Assembly: GCF_037042905.1 (NCBI RefSeq)
Contig: NC_087245.1
Span: 12,340,001-12,404,000, forward strand
Length of the DNA: 64,000 bases
Reading direction: 5' to 3'
Source of the DNA: Lytechinus pictus
Taxonomy: Eukaryota
In this document: positions 38,757 through 53,200 of the stretch, piece by piece
How positions within the stretch are numbered: position 1 is the first letter of the stretch
Layout: every line of letters starts with the position of its first letter
Notes under the pieces: model-generated
The model's input: only the letters and a program-made list of their open reading frames with translations
Told to the model about the DNA's origin: nothing
The model's database searches: none
Translations under genes and position numbers: made by a program

Positions 38757-39049
38757 GCTATGATATATCTCTAACATTAATAAGTTACGCTGCACATGTT
38801 AAAATCATGCTCAATAGATGGATGATAATATAAATATTTTGTTAAACGAAAAAATATCAAGAGTGGGATTCAAATCCGTGCCCATTGTGTCAGTACAGCG
38901 TAGGCGACCAATCACTTTTATTAGTCATAATATTTTTATGTGGTACTTGGTAGTATTCCTCTAAAAGAATCCCTAATTGCGTTTAGACTGGGGAATGGAT
39001 TTTTATTTGCTGACCACAGACTTTGTAAATGAGAGTGTTTAAAATACCT

Positions 39050-39746
39050 TTGGAACTTCTGTAGCAGGGAATAATTTTCCTGTTATCGCATTGCAATTTG
39101 CTCCACAAATTTTAAATCAAATTTTGAAATCCACATCGTTTGAGACAAAATTTTTGATGCACGGGTACGCATGTCAGACCCCAAATTGCTCAAAAACGTG
39201 ATTCCGTGTACAAAGTCAACGCGAATTGTGTTTTTCAACCAAAAATCATAAATGTATGCTTATTTTTACTTTTGTTGGTTTCAATTGATTTATTTCATGC
39301 TATTGATGATCGCAAAAGGGTCCCCGTCAAAGTTCATTGGAAAAAACAATAAAAAACAAAGGTTTGAAAAACAAAGAAATACATAAGAATTTAAAAAACA
39401 ATGAAATGCATAAGAAATTAGTTATATTTTTGCAATTTTTTGTAGATATTTGTTAGAAATGTAATAATTGACAATCCCATCAAAAATGAGCATTTTACTA
39501 GCTATATATAAATTGAGTTAAAGGCAAAAACATACCAAAAAAAATTTAGGGCATAATTTATTAATTAAAGAATATAAACAATTTTTTGAAAATTTTACTA
39601 TACAGTCTTGTAGTTTACATCCGGCCTTATGCGCATGCAAATTTTCGCAGCGATCACGTGATCAGCGGCCGAGATCTGAGGGGGGGGGTCAATTTGACCC
39701 CCCCAGTATATACTTGTCTGAAATAGCCCAGATAAGATACGGTTAA
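39050..39746. mobile_element. Partial DNA-transposon remnant, possibly the end of a piggyBac-like MITE
   Basis: Ends in GGGGGTCAATTTGACCCCCC...AAATAGCCCAG...GGTTAA; partner end not found. Confidence 0.35.
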
Positions 39747-40837
39747 ATATGCTAATTTATTCATATATTTTCTTAACTCACAAAAAATACTTATTTATTT
39801 GTTGATTGATTTTGATTATTTTTGTTCCATCTTAGAGCTACTTGAGGTTCACCTCAAGGTTCTACACAGAGTTAAGAAATTTGTACTATAAAATTATTTA
39901 TGCTTAATTTATATGAAATTTATTCATAGATCACAAAAAATGCTTCTTTGTCATTCCTTCATCAATTTCAATTCTATATCCTCAATTTATGTCACCAATA
40001 TAATTCACTACAGTGTCAACTTGGCTGAAATAAAAATTGTGTTAAATTTCGTTGCGAGATGCCGGATGAGCTCCACATCATTGATGTGCTAGTTTTGATA
40101 GCTTTTCTCTTATGACCAAAAATGCTATACAAATTTGTATAGCAAAATTAATTTTGAGTCTGTGTCCGATAAAAAAAAAGGAAGATCTGATGTATTTTTG
40201 GCATTCTTATTCAAAACCCTTTCTCAACCATAGAATGGGTTGAAAGTTCAGGATGTAATCCCTTTCTGTACAGTAGTTTGTAACACCCAGTTATTAAAAG
40301 CAAATGGTGAAAGGGCTACTTTGAATGAAAATAAAACATAACTGTGAGAGGGTGATACTGCTACTGTAGATCATGCCAAATTCAAATTATAGAAACTTTA
40401 AAAAAATTGGCTGTGAAATATTAAATGACCACTAAACTTTTATAATGTTGAAATACTGTCTATTATTGACATTGCTGACCTTTTATGAAAGCTTAGATGG
40501 GCTTTAACCTCTAATGATTTATTGCTTCATTTGAATACATGTATGCTTTGTCTTATCCATACTCTCAGCACAAACAAAGAACACTGTGAGTAAACTAATT
40601 CGTCATGTGCCTTTCTGTTCTACTCTACTTAAAATTGTCAAATACCATGTAGAAAAACTAAAATGACATTTTCGATATATGTGAACTATGTTTCTCTGTG
40701 TTTATCTTGCAGATCTCTAAATAAACCACGTGTGACACATATACAGTGTACATGTAGGTGAATCTTCTATAGTAGCTGAAAGCAGCCATTCAACCAGAAG
40801 CATTAGTTCAATACTTGCCCAGAGAAAATAAAAAAAT

Positions 40838-41221
40838 ATGTCACGCCAAGCGATAATTAGTCGAAACTTTTCAGGTCTAACCAAGTGCAACCCACCACCG
40901 AATATACTCTTGAATGGGGAACTCACCAGCAGTATCATTAAACATGCACAGAATATTAGTGCCAGCCTTTACCGGAGCTGTGCCAACCAAACCCGCACTT
41001 TCTCACTACTCGCCAGAAATTCACGAGTCAGTGACCACTGTGGGTGTGAGGAGACCGGTCTTGATGGATTTAAAGTTGCAAAGGCCCATCCCAATCAGAA
41101 GGGTTTTATGTTGCAATACCAAAGATGGAAGAGTGATTTCTTCAAGATCACCATGCCCAATGACTGGAACTCTATGTACTCTCCCAACCTGACACAGGAT
41201 CTAAGAAGATTTCTAGAAGAG
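40838..41221 (+). CDS. NAGS: NAGS first coding exon (exon begins 40713; MSRQAIISRNF...DLRRFLEE)
   Basis: Acceptor TTGCAG at 40712, AATATGT start context, GAG|GTAAGT donor, 384 nt coding, phase 0. Confidence 0.85.
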
Positions 41222-44200
41222 GTAAGTATACAAACTTTATATGGAAAAAAAAGGGAAGAAAGTTGGGGATTCCTACCTTTTTTTTACTCAGTGTTATGCT
41301 CCAGCAGATGGAGTCGTCATAAGATTTTACAACTCTCATACACTCCTTTTGCCTGTCAGTTCCTAATTTGTTTCCTTGCAGATTTATAATGCATCATTTT
41401 ATATTTTTTGGTTTGCAAGATATCTGTACATCACATGGAATCTAACTGGATTGGCATTGTGAAAAAAATCCTATTATTTTCAGTGACAATAAAAGTCTTA
41501 CTAATATTTTAGAAGCCTCTCTATCCCCAAAATACTTGTTAATATTTAATAAACAATGAGAAATTGTGTAATAAATTAGATATTCCTTGCTACATGTAGC
41601 TTAGCGAGTCTGTAGTATACATGTTCAATTCACATTTAATCAGCAAGTTACATATCCTTGAATGAATCTTAGCACACACAACTCACTGCATAAGTACCCA
41701 CTATCAATGTCAGTCACACCAATGCATCTTTTCTATTCCAATCCACTAGCATTTTTTTTTGGTATACCAGGGCTTGCAAATTGTTTGTAAATGATAGAAG
41801 TGCCTGAATTTGAAGACAATCGAACCATGATCTTAAAATCCTGGAGGTTTAACCTGTTCATGTAGTAGTGTGAGGGTATACTTCATATTGTTCTAGATTG
41901 ATCTATCATGTCACTGCTAATGAATAGCTAGGAATAGAGATGCACAAACATTGATGACAAGATGACCTCTGTCTGGCATGGCAGAAGCGAAAATAAAGTA
42001 CTGGAAGAGAAGGGCATATGTCACATATTGATATATCTCAGATTAACTTTAATTACATTACGGTATACATGTATAAACATTTAAACCCTATTCATATGTA
42101 CAACATTAGACTTGTAATTGAGCATGTACATGTATGCAGTGCTGAACAGAGAGAGCTAAATAGGAAAGTGGTAGGAAAGTAAATGTGAAAAAAAGTGATG
42201 GTAATGTAAAAATCAGAATTCCTTTTCCTACCTACGCCTAAACATACATGTAGTTTTGGCTATATTCTTGGTTTATTGAAACATGTTAATAAAGAGTTAT
42301 GTATTTTCCCCACATTTGGCTGTGTTTCATGCAATCTAGCATTACCTGATTAGGGACAGATTTTAATCTGTCATTGAATGTGTGTACAGTAATACAATTG
42401 ATTGCCCCTCCTTTCCCTTTACCAATACCAAGCTAAGATTCACAACAAAACTTAATAAAACCCGCTCTTCATCTGTTCAGCATTATGGATTTTATGCTCT
42501 TCATGTCAATTATTTTATTTTTATGAAAATTGTTCAACTTTTTTAAATGTCATAAAGTCTTCTTTTTTTTTTAAATCCAATTTGAAAACAATACCATATG
42601 CTGATGCTGGGTTGTAATTTACAATGTATGCTTCAGGAAAGAATTTTTTATTCCTACAACAGTAATATGGTTTATGCAGTGCATACACCTTTTTGGATTT
42701 AATTGTAAAACTAATACCACTGCACTATCGGAAATGTCATGAAATGTCTCTTAAATTGAACCAAAGCCACAATCAGAATATGCAATGCTCTAGAAGATAT
42801 CCGGCAATCAGACCAAGACTCTCAAGAAAATTGCCCTTTACCGCTTACCTATTACCTGAGATGAGCTGAAATTTAGGAAGCCAAGCATGTGTTTTATTAA
42901 CGTCATATCCAGGCTTTAGGCCAATTCCTCTCCCTATTCCGGCTGTTTTTGGTGATGAATTTAAGAGGGAACGCTTGTCCCGGAGGGACTTAATAACATT
43001 ATTGAAAGCAGGATATGAACATTGTTGGAAGTTATGCATGCAAACATATGGTAATGACAGACTCATATTACACCTTGTCTCAATGTTTTTTTTTCCTGAA
43101 ATGAAACATACCTGTATGTGCTACATTTGGATCAGGATGCAGTTTTTTTCCAACAGTTTCACATCTCATGCAGATAGTCTTTCACAACATTGTAAAATGT
43201 GCAGACATGCATGAGAAAGAGATTTGGGTGCAGGGGAAAGAGAAGGGGGATGGGAGGGGTAAAAAGGTATAGAGAGAGAGAGAGAGATACAGAAGAAAAT
43301 TAAGTAGAAAAAAAATGCAAAGGAGGGCATTAAAAAATTCACTTCGTAGCATTAGAAAATTCTTAAGTTAACTTAGTGATGTGGGGGAAGTCTTACATGT
43401 ACCTTTTCCATGATACTATTCAAGAATGTTGTCTTTTTAATCTTCGTGTACATGTACCTATCTTTTTCCATCTCGCCTGTTTCTGTTTATACAAAACATT
43501 TCATTTACAACAAGTTTTAGCTTGAGTGATACCAACAAATCAAATAAAAAAAAACTTAGCAGTCTGTCTGTTTTTTGTTAAATGGTTAGGGGTTTTCACC
43601 GTATATGAAAGACAGATGGTATTTACATCTGACAATGGTTGCAATCAGTTCAAGTATTTTGGGTCCTATGTCACAAAAGCTTAGTAATTGATGATCTATG
43701 GATTGCTTGCACATTTGATCAATAGAATCCATAATAAAAGAAATAGACATTTTGAAACATGGGGTCCGTTGCAGAAAGAGTTGCATTTAAACGCAAGTCG
43801 AAAAATCAATCGCAAGTCCCAAATGCACGCTGTTGATTGGTCGAAAATCAAGTTGCACATGACTTTTAGAGTTGCGATTGATTGCAACTCTTTCTACAAC
43901 GGGCCCATGATCTTTCACTGAGCTTTTGTTTTACTGAATTCAGATTTTGCATTTCCATTTTTATAGAGCTGAACCACTTCCACATGTACATGTAGTATGA
44001 TTTTACTTGCCAATTATAATTCCACAGGGAATATTTTGGAGGAAACCAATTATCACTTAACATTTCCAATTCTGCCATTGATGGCTGATCCTATTCCAAG
44101 GTGTATCTATCTACGTTCCTGTGTTGGAGATTTTAAGTTTACTTATTTTTCAGCAAGTTTTTCACAACTTTATATGTGATAAAGTTTGAAACTATATTGT

Positions 44201-47200
44201 GTTGAACTTTAATAATCTATGTGTATTCACCTTTACTTCAAAGACATTCTCCCTAAATCAATGCTCCAATTTCTGTTTTGCTTTGAATAACTATCGAGTG
44301 CAATTACTTCGGGCACATCTCAAAGGGCTAACAAACCTTGGCTATATTGATTGGTTCCTTGTGAACCAAATGCTAATTTATGAGACTGAAGACTAGTTAT
44401 CGGAATCTCTGCTGAAAAGTCAGCTGGATTTTTTTTTCAATTTTTATCCTGATTAGATTGAATTAGATTGCCCACACAAGAAAATGAAAGGTAAATAATT
44501 TTTATGATTCTAAGGTAATACCCGTCCCTATTGACCAGAGCAGGTGCATTAGTTACAGGCCTGACATCTTCCCACTGTTTCAAAACGGAAATTGTTTTTT
44601 TATCTCTCCGTGGCCTTGATATGGAGCTTGAGATTGATATCAGAATGAATTTCCATACTGCCTTTCAATGAAGAAGATTAAAAATTGAATCCTCCTTTTT
44701 TTGAGGGGGGGGGGGGTAATTGGTTGTAAACATGTTAATTCTATGCATTGATAGTGATGTAATGAATATTGCTGGAGGGATTTTGAGGTTTTATCATGGT
44801 TATAATGTTAATGGATGTGTACAGTGTAGAAAGGGGAGAAAACGTATCATAATCACGTACACTACTAGAAAGCAAAAATAAGCCCTTTGAAGTTAATGAT
44901 ATTTTGTGGAATGGCTGGGAAAATACATTGATTTCGATCATATCACGTGATGCACTATGGACCAATCGTACTTGGCTATCTGTCTTGGCTATCTAATATA
45001 AATAAATATTTTATTACGTTTCTTCTGTGAATATAATTTAAAGAAGTAAAGTAATCATTAAAAAAAACTTTGGATATAAACTGAATTGTATTTTTTTAAA
45101 GGTTAAACTTAAGTCTATAAAAAAGAATAACAATCTAGATTCCCTCAAATTCATGTTTTCACTGAAAAAAATTGAAGAGTGCACAGAGAGATAGAGGGGG
45201 AAATAAACTCCTATCAATATTGTATTGAATTTATGGATCAAAATTCAAAATGGTGAAATGTCATAAAAATGAGATTGAGAAGTAACTGGCATATGCCTAC
45301 ATAAAACATTGATATCTCTTGCTTCATGTTTACAAATATATGCAAGGAGTCTATTTTTGGTTTACAGAACACCTCTCATGTAACAAAAAACACTCTTTAG
45401 AGAGTAAGCACAGGAAATATCAAGGTTCATACTATCAATGGGAGTGATAAAATAGCCAAAAATGTAAAAGCTTCTCAGGAAAACATACAAATGTTATGTG
45501 TGGGTGGTATGTAAAAGGGTAAGGTTATAGTGACTGGTGAAGGGGATATTATGGGTTTAAAAGCATTTCAAACATTGATCTTTGTCCTCAGATGTATTAT
45601 GTTTTTTATGCAGTGATTTTCTGAGGGATAAGTTATTGAATGATACTTTGATCAAAGATAGCACAATGTAGTTTGAAAATCATGATAACTTTCATATATT
45701 TTTAGGTTGCACAGATACTCGTTGTGCGAAAACAATTTTTAAAAAACATTTGGTGTATATGAGGCAAGATGAATCTTTGTGCATCTTAAGAATGCAGAAA
45801 CTGTATTGCAGGCTCAAAATTATTTTTTTGCTTAATAGCCAGATATGAATATATGAAATGAATAATCAGTTGCATGTATGTTCAGACCTGAACCAATTTT
45901 CATAATTTATTGACATTTTCCTGATCAGGCAGGTGTTAATATGCTTATCACTTTGATTCGTGCTTAGTTTTTACGTGATGATTTCATCAGGAGCAACCCC
46001 AATTTCTATCCATGCTCCCTAAATTACAAGGTTTGAGGGAAAACAGCTTGTTTGAGATGTCATAACATGTTATAGAAGTTTGAAAATTATTGCTTGATGG
46101 ATTTTCATCAGATTTGATTTCATTCTTTCATTTTTCTGCTTATATCAAAACTTGGCATTTCCCTCTAACATTCTACATGTAGAAAATAAGTTGTGGTTTT
46201 CTTTACTTCTTTATCTCAATTAGATGTTGAACTGTTTGTGGTATTTCCTGGAATAGTCAAGTGGGATAATACCGATGGTAAATAGGGAGGAAGAGATGTA
46301 CATGTAATAGAGTAGATAATCATACTATAGAAATCCTAATTTGGAAGAATGCATAATGACCTTGAGGAAAATTACATTGTTTATCTTCTGTAGATATGAA
46401 ATGTCTACTGTAATTCATTAGATACATTGATTTAAAAAAAAGTGAAATCATGTTTGAGTACATTTCTTCCTGGTTATTGTGGAAAGATACCACAATGAAC
46501 CAAAATATTTTTGGCCGTTCTTAAGATAAAACTTGATACATGCAGTTACAATTTCTGTAAACTCATTCAAAAGAGTGTTTTAGACCCAATTCCTCCCTGA
46601 GTCTGCCTCCATCACTTTCCTGTGGTAAAACTGTCGAGCATGTAATAAAAGTGATGCTGTCATTGCACACTGTTTGTTTTGGAAAGGAAGCAATAAAGCT
46701 GTGAAGCGATTATGCAGCCACCATTTATGGAGGCTGAGACAGTACTTGGTGATATCAGCTTTCTGGTGCTTCAGGCCCCTGGATGGGCACAGGGGGTCAG
46801 GGTATGTCTATATAGATGGCTAGTTTATATCACATTGGGTTTCCCCTTTTTCTATCAAGCAAATTATTCCATTCAAAACAAGCTCAAGATTATTTGTAAT
46901 GAGGACTCAGTTGTTAGGCTATTTTCTTGGGAGTGATCTTGAAATTACAATAGTGAATCAACTTGTAGAATTTAATTTTTATCCAGATAATTTGCTTGCT
47001 ATGACACACTCGGGTTTTGGCTCAGGAGTCATAGCTACCTGTCTCTCTATATTATCACATGCTAAAAGATGTAGCCCAAATTGATGTGCTCCATTATCCA
47101 AGGTCACATTCCCTTCAATGGTTTCTTCAATCTGGATGATGAATGATCAGGGAAGAATCTGAGCAAACTCGGCTTGATGGATACATGTATCTGCTGAGTT

Positions 47201-50200
47201 AAAAGGCGATAGTAGTCTGTGACCTCTTTCTCTGTGTGTTGCTTCAAGCATCAAGGTGGAATTGCTAGATGGAGGCCACCTTTCTTTTCTGTGTTCTCTG
47301 GGGACTTTGTTTTTGTCAAATTACAGCATTTCCCATTCCACTCCTCTAAAGTGGCTTTCTTTGATTTTTGTATTATTAAAGGTTGCAATTTGTGCATTCT
47401 ATGTATGTAATTCACAAAATATGGATGAACACGTAAAGTGCATACAAAGGCTAGTTGGTTTTGACCATCACTTCAAAGATGCAATGATTTGTTCAATGTT
47501 TGTTTCTTAACAATTCATATTTTTAGTATTTCAGAATAAAATAAGATGAATGTGTAGGGCCTATATCTTATGGATGAAATAAAATAAAAAATTCAGGAAA
47601 TCTATTTAGGTTGAGATCCAGAATGAAATAAAAGGAACTCTTTTTTATATAAATCTATCCCTTGAGCATGAGCATTGAGGCTGAAACTTACAGGTTATAA
47701 TATGTTTTTAGTTGACAGAGGAAAGTAATCTAGAGAATAAACCCATGAAATACATTAGCTTGTTAAAAATCTCAAGATTATTATAATAATAATAGGCATT
47801 TATATAGCGCCATCTATCTAAAAATATTATATTCCGAGGCGCGATGTTGTCATTATTATTACCCCGGCTTTTAGCTCAAGCTGCCTTTCGGCGCTCATGC
47901 ATTAAAGGAATTAATCCTGCCGGGTACCCATTCACCTCACTTGGGTCAAGTGCAGCACAATCTGGATAAATTTCTTGCTGAAGGAAATTTTGATTAGGAT
48001 ACATGTAGTTTGTTGTACATCAGACTTTGGATAATTTGGAACGGGCTCATAGAGATGTGCCTTCTGTCTTTAATAAGATCTCAATGCTACAGCTGCTGTT
48101 CTCTTCATCATTAACCTCCGGAAATAGACAGACCTGCATAATACATGTAGATATTGCACTGTAGCATCATAGCATGTGATAAATGCTGTCAAGATTTTAT
48201 ATGCTTCTTTTGTTTAATTTATACCCCTTTCTGTTTCATAATTCACGCGCAAATAATCTGGATGTGCGATGCCTACATCGGAATTAAATGTTTTGACTTC
48301 ACAATTCGAAAGATATCACTGAGCTACATTGTAACTGTTAGCGCCCTGTTAGACTAACAACATTTCTGTGCGGCCGGCACTGAATGGTATCTACTTGCTT
48401 GACCTACATGTATGACCTCAGGAACTTCGGGTTCTTGTTTATATTGTGTGATGGTTTCATGGTACATGTACCATGGATGTCTTCCTTAATGGTAAAGTAT
48501 ACCATGAATGAATTAGGAGCCAAAACCCAAGTGGACCCCCACTTGTGAAATAATCTGATAATTCACCAAATAGCCTGTTAGTTTTGCAGAAAATCTATAA
48601 AGTTGACTCAAGAAGAATCCCCAAACCATCCGAATAGACATAAATCCATACGTTTCTATCAAAGGACATTAAATTTGCTTGAATAGTTGCATTTACTTCA
48701 ACATATACTAGGATCACGTTCATATATGAAAATGGTATTAACTAGCCAAACAATGAAAATTTTATTGAAATATGCTAAAAGATATCAAAGTTATAGGGAA
48801 TTTCAAAATTTGCATTTTCCCAAACAAGGATTGTGCAAATGAATGAGATGGTGATGAAATTTGTATGTAGGTCTTCCTTTTTGCATTTCTATGTGTTTTC
48901 TTTGAATTGACAAGATACTGTATGTACTTCTCTGAAGAGATATGGGGTGACACTCCGGGGGGGGGGGGGGGCCACTTACATTGACGAGTGGATACCATGC
49001 GCGACCAAAAAAACACGTAAAAAGGATGTCTTTTTCAAGATAGGGCACGTTACGTACGTAATTTGATAAGGGTGTCAAAAACACAAAAATAATGAAAAAA
49101 GGGTATCTATTTCGCTATGAAAGGTACGTGTTTAGGGTCAAATTTTCGGGGATGATAAAACAAAATTAAAATGTTTTATAAAGGATGTCCTTTTTGCCCC
49201 AACACTACATGTTTAGGGTCCGATTTGCGCGAGGTGTGGAAGATGGAGCCGTAGGCCTACTAAACCAAATGGTGTGTAAAGGTAAAACCGACGACCGACT
49301 GACCCTTGACATAACAATAAAATATCGCTGTACTTGTTTAGGGGTTCATTTCAGGGGGCGACTTTCAGGGAATACTTGCCAAGAGTATCGTTTTGTTTCC
49401 AATACTTGATAAGGGTAGGGTTTCAGACGCCAATACTTGTTAAGGGGTGCATTTTCAGAATATGAAAAATACGTGTTTAGGGTGCTTTTCGAGACCCCAT
49501 GGTCGAGCATGATATCCACTCGTCAATGGAACTGGCCCCCCCGGGGTGACACTGCACTAGTATCAAGTTGATGTGAGTGAAAATGAAAAGGGAAAACGAT
49601 ACCACCCCCTCCCAACACACTCACACAAACCTGCAGTAAACAAGCTTGTCTGCTCGATGATAATTCTAAATTTGTATCTGTTTTGCTGCATGTGCAATAG
49701 ATGACTGTAATTTCCTACTCAATGCTCACTCATCAATCTGTCTGCCTTGACTCATTTTGAAGCTATGTGTCATCTAACTTCAGTTTTTAGTTTTACCGTT
49801 TCCATGGCAGCAGTTTTAGGTAGAAGAATTTGGTGTTGAAAAAAACTGTTGACTCTCTTGGAAGTCTTTTGATATGATTTTGCAGTTATTACATAGTGTA
49901 CATGTATTGACATATCCACTGAGAGCACAGTACAGTATTGGTAAAACATACTCTAGGTTTGGCTTTCATTTTGCTTTGATAGCATTGTGTTGACTCTTTT
50001 GGAAGTCTTATAAATTTCATTTCCTTTTGCTAGTATTGTGTTAATTGCATTTTCAAAAATGTGTTTGTTTTTTTTGTTTTGTTTTTTTAAACATATATTG
50101 GTATTTGCTGCATGCCCTTATTAGGCATCAATTTTTTCATCAGTTAAGAAAAGATAGCGAGTGTCAGACCATGGACCTATTATGATCAGACTGATCAGAT

Positions 50201-53200
50201 TGCTATAAAAACTACCCACATATGTGAAACTAGATGTGTGATGATATAGGTTTGCAATAAATGAAAAATGAAACTTCAAAAGTTATCACATTGTTTTATG
50301 TGTGGCAGTGTGAATAGAACAGGAGAGCAGACTAATTATGGAAACCTCACTGAAAAAAAACTCTTTGAAGTGGGTAGTCTGGGATACTGCACGTAGCTCT
50401 CAGGCAGAAATAGGAAGTGAAATGCTTGAAGGGACTATCTGAATTTCCTACAGTTGTAGTGTATTCATGTAGTTAAAGGGAGTCCATGAATGATGCCTTA
50501 CATGTATATTGATTCAAAAAAATGATACATACAAGGCTTACAGGTGTAAGAAGATTATTTATTGATTTATTAGGACACTGATATAAAACAAAACATGTTG
50601 GAAGTATACCACAAAACTATGAGCATGGTTAGCTTGAGAGGGGGTGCTATATACACTATAATAAATATCTTGTTCAAATTACATTTCAAGCAACTGAAAT
50701 ATTAATGGCAGACTTAAGAATTTCACAAGGAATTTGCTTTTCTCCAAAAAAGTTATGTATGTACATGTACATACATGTAAATTACTTCCACAGTTGTTTG
50801 TAAAAAGCTTTTTCAATAGATTTTTATGGGGTTGTGTGTACCAATGAGTGCTTAAAATAAAAGTTTTTAATCTTCTAATTGATTTTATTATTTAAAAAAG
50901 ATCGGTTATAATTAAACATGGATCCAGCCAAAGTATTGGTCTAGAATATATTTTTATTACAGGTAAAATCCACCTTTGGTGAAAATTGGGTACAGGTAAC
51001 TCTTTGTAGTGCTAAGTGACTTTTTAAAAGAACATGATTGTATCAGTAATATATTTCTCAGAACTTTTTTTTAAGGTAAATGTACTTTCTAATTTAACTG
51101 TGTAGTGTCCATAATCAGTAAATCAAATTGATTTTACTCCGGAGTTAGGATATTAGATCCCATTGAGAGTATGAAATGAGGGAGCCTACATGTATGTACA
51201 GATAAAAAACAGAATTAGATTAATTGATCAAAAATTAAAATGAAACCCAGTAAATCTAACCAATTAAATAACCAAAAAAAAATTAAGCATTTGATTGTTC
51301 AAAATATAATTTTGAAAACTTGCCTAATACATGTAGGCAATTAAACCTTCATGACGATTGTGCTTGGCCCAGAAATGAAATTGCTGTATATGTGGGGGGA
51401 AATAAATTACCGTCATTATGCATCAGTTATGTACTGCAGGGGACTGCCTTGGTAATCTAATAGGGGGAGCAGATTACTCTATGTAAATTTGATTATTTTT
51501 ATAATGAATCCAGGAGTATTGCATAGTTAGAAAACCAAGCAAGCCTCCCCCATATTCTTCTTTTCTCTTTGCTTTTCCAATTTTTCCATAACATGAAAAA
51601 TCAGGGTGGATGAGTTGTACTATTAAAGAACTGCCCATTCTAAAATTATGGGAATATACAGTATGTAGAAGAGAAATGTTCAAATCAAAAGGTTGTATTT
51701 CTTTATGATTGGTCTGTTTATAGATATGTAATCGCATAAATCTTCATCATTTCAAATATTAACTCAGTCATTAATTTGTTGATTCATTTATGTGTATTTG
51801 ATATATTTTTTTAATAGAAATGTTGAGCATTAAATCAAAATGGAACCCATTGAGTCCTTACTAATAATTCAGAATTTATTTTCACTAATGAGTCAGAAGA
51901 AATTTAATTATCCTCACAGTGATTGAGCTTGACCCAGTGATTGAATTAGAAATTATGAAGAGGGATGTTTATGCTCTTGGATAGAAATTTAGTTGATAAT
52001 TTCAGGTGATGTAAAGTGATTTGAATATACATGTAAAATCTGTTTGTCTCGCCTGAACAAAATTCGGTAGAGACCTACATACTTCCCTTTCCCTGTTGGT
52101 CTGTTAGGGTGTGTTTCATTCTGTCAAAAAGTCAAATGATAATGGTAAAGTTTTTGTTCATATTGCTCTCATTAAATCATTTCTGCATCAATTATTTTGA
52201 CACTTGGTTCAAATGACTCGTGGTTCATGAACCACCTTGTTCTTTCTCTTTGTCTCTTTATGTTTATAGTGTATTCATAGAAATTTACAAATGGATATTA
52301 AAGGTCAAGTCCACCAAATGTTGATTTGAATCAATAGAGAAAAGTCGACAAGCATAAAGCTGAAAATTTTATCAAAATTGGATTTAAAATAAGAAAGTTA
52401 TGACATTTTAAGTTTCGCTTATTTTTCACGAAATAATTACATGCACAATTTAGTCAGGTGCAAATGCGAAGATCAATGATGTAACTCACTATTTCTTTTG
52501 TTTTTATTGTTTGAATTATACAATATTTAATTTTTTACAGATTTGACAATATAATGACCAACTTGACTGATCCATAAAATGTTAAACAATGGTAATCCCA
52601 CATGTTCAGGGAGAAATAAAACTTTTTTTTTCACAGGATAATGAGGAGAAAATTAGAATATTTAATATTTAAAATAATAAAGTATAAAAGAAATAGTGAG
52701 TGAGTGATGTCATCAGTTCCCTCATACCGACCGGGATTTGCATATAACTATTTTGTGAAATTAAGCGAAACTTTAAAATGTCATAACTTTCTTTTTTTAC
52801 ATCCGATTTTGATTAAATTTTCAGTGTTATACTTGTTGGATTTTTCTCTTTTTATTCAAAGCAACTTTTTGATGAGGTGGACTTGTCCTTTGATAGAAGA
52901 TAAATGTCATTAATGTCTATTTCCATTTTATGAAGGCAGTAAAGGTGTATAAATGTAGTTTATTTTAACTTTATTGACATTACTTGCAAGCCTACTTACT
53001 TTGTGATATTTGTTTACCTATTTGTACAATGCATTTTTAATATTATTTTATCAATCTATATGTTCATGTATCTATAAATTGAAGGGATTGAACACTTTCT
53101 GATGACTTCACTTTTTACAAAAGGATTGTTTAGATGTTTAAATAATCTAGCTAACTTGTGACAATAATTCAACCAACCTTTACATCAGTTCATTTATCAT

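Noticed and set aside
46560..48560. Slightly GC-richer stretches in the long NAGS intron as a possible nested gene
   Set aside because: No phase-consistent exon chain or recognisable peptide found on either strand; probably decayed repeats.
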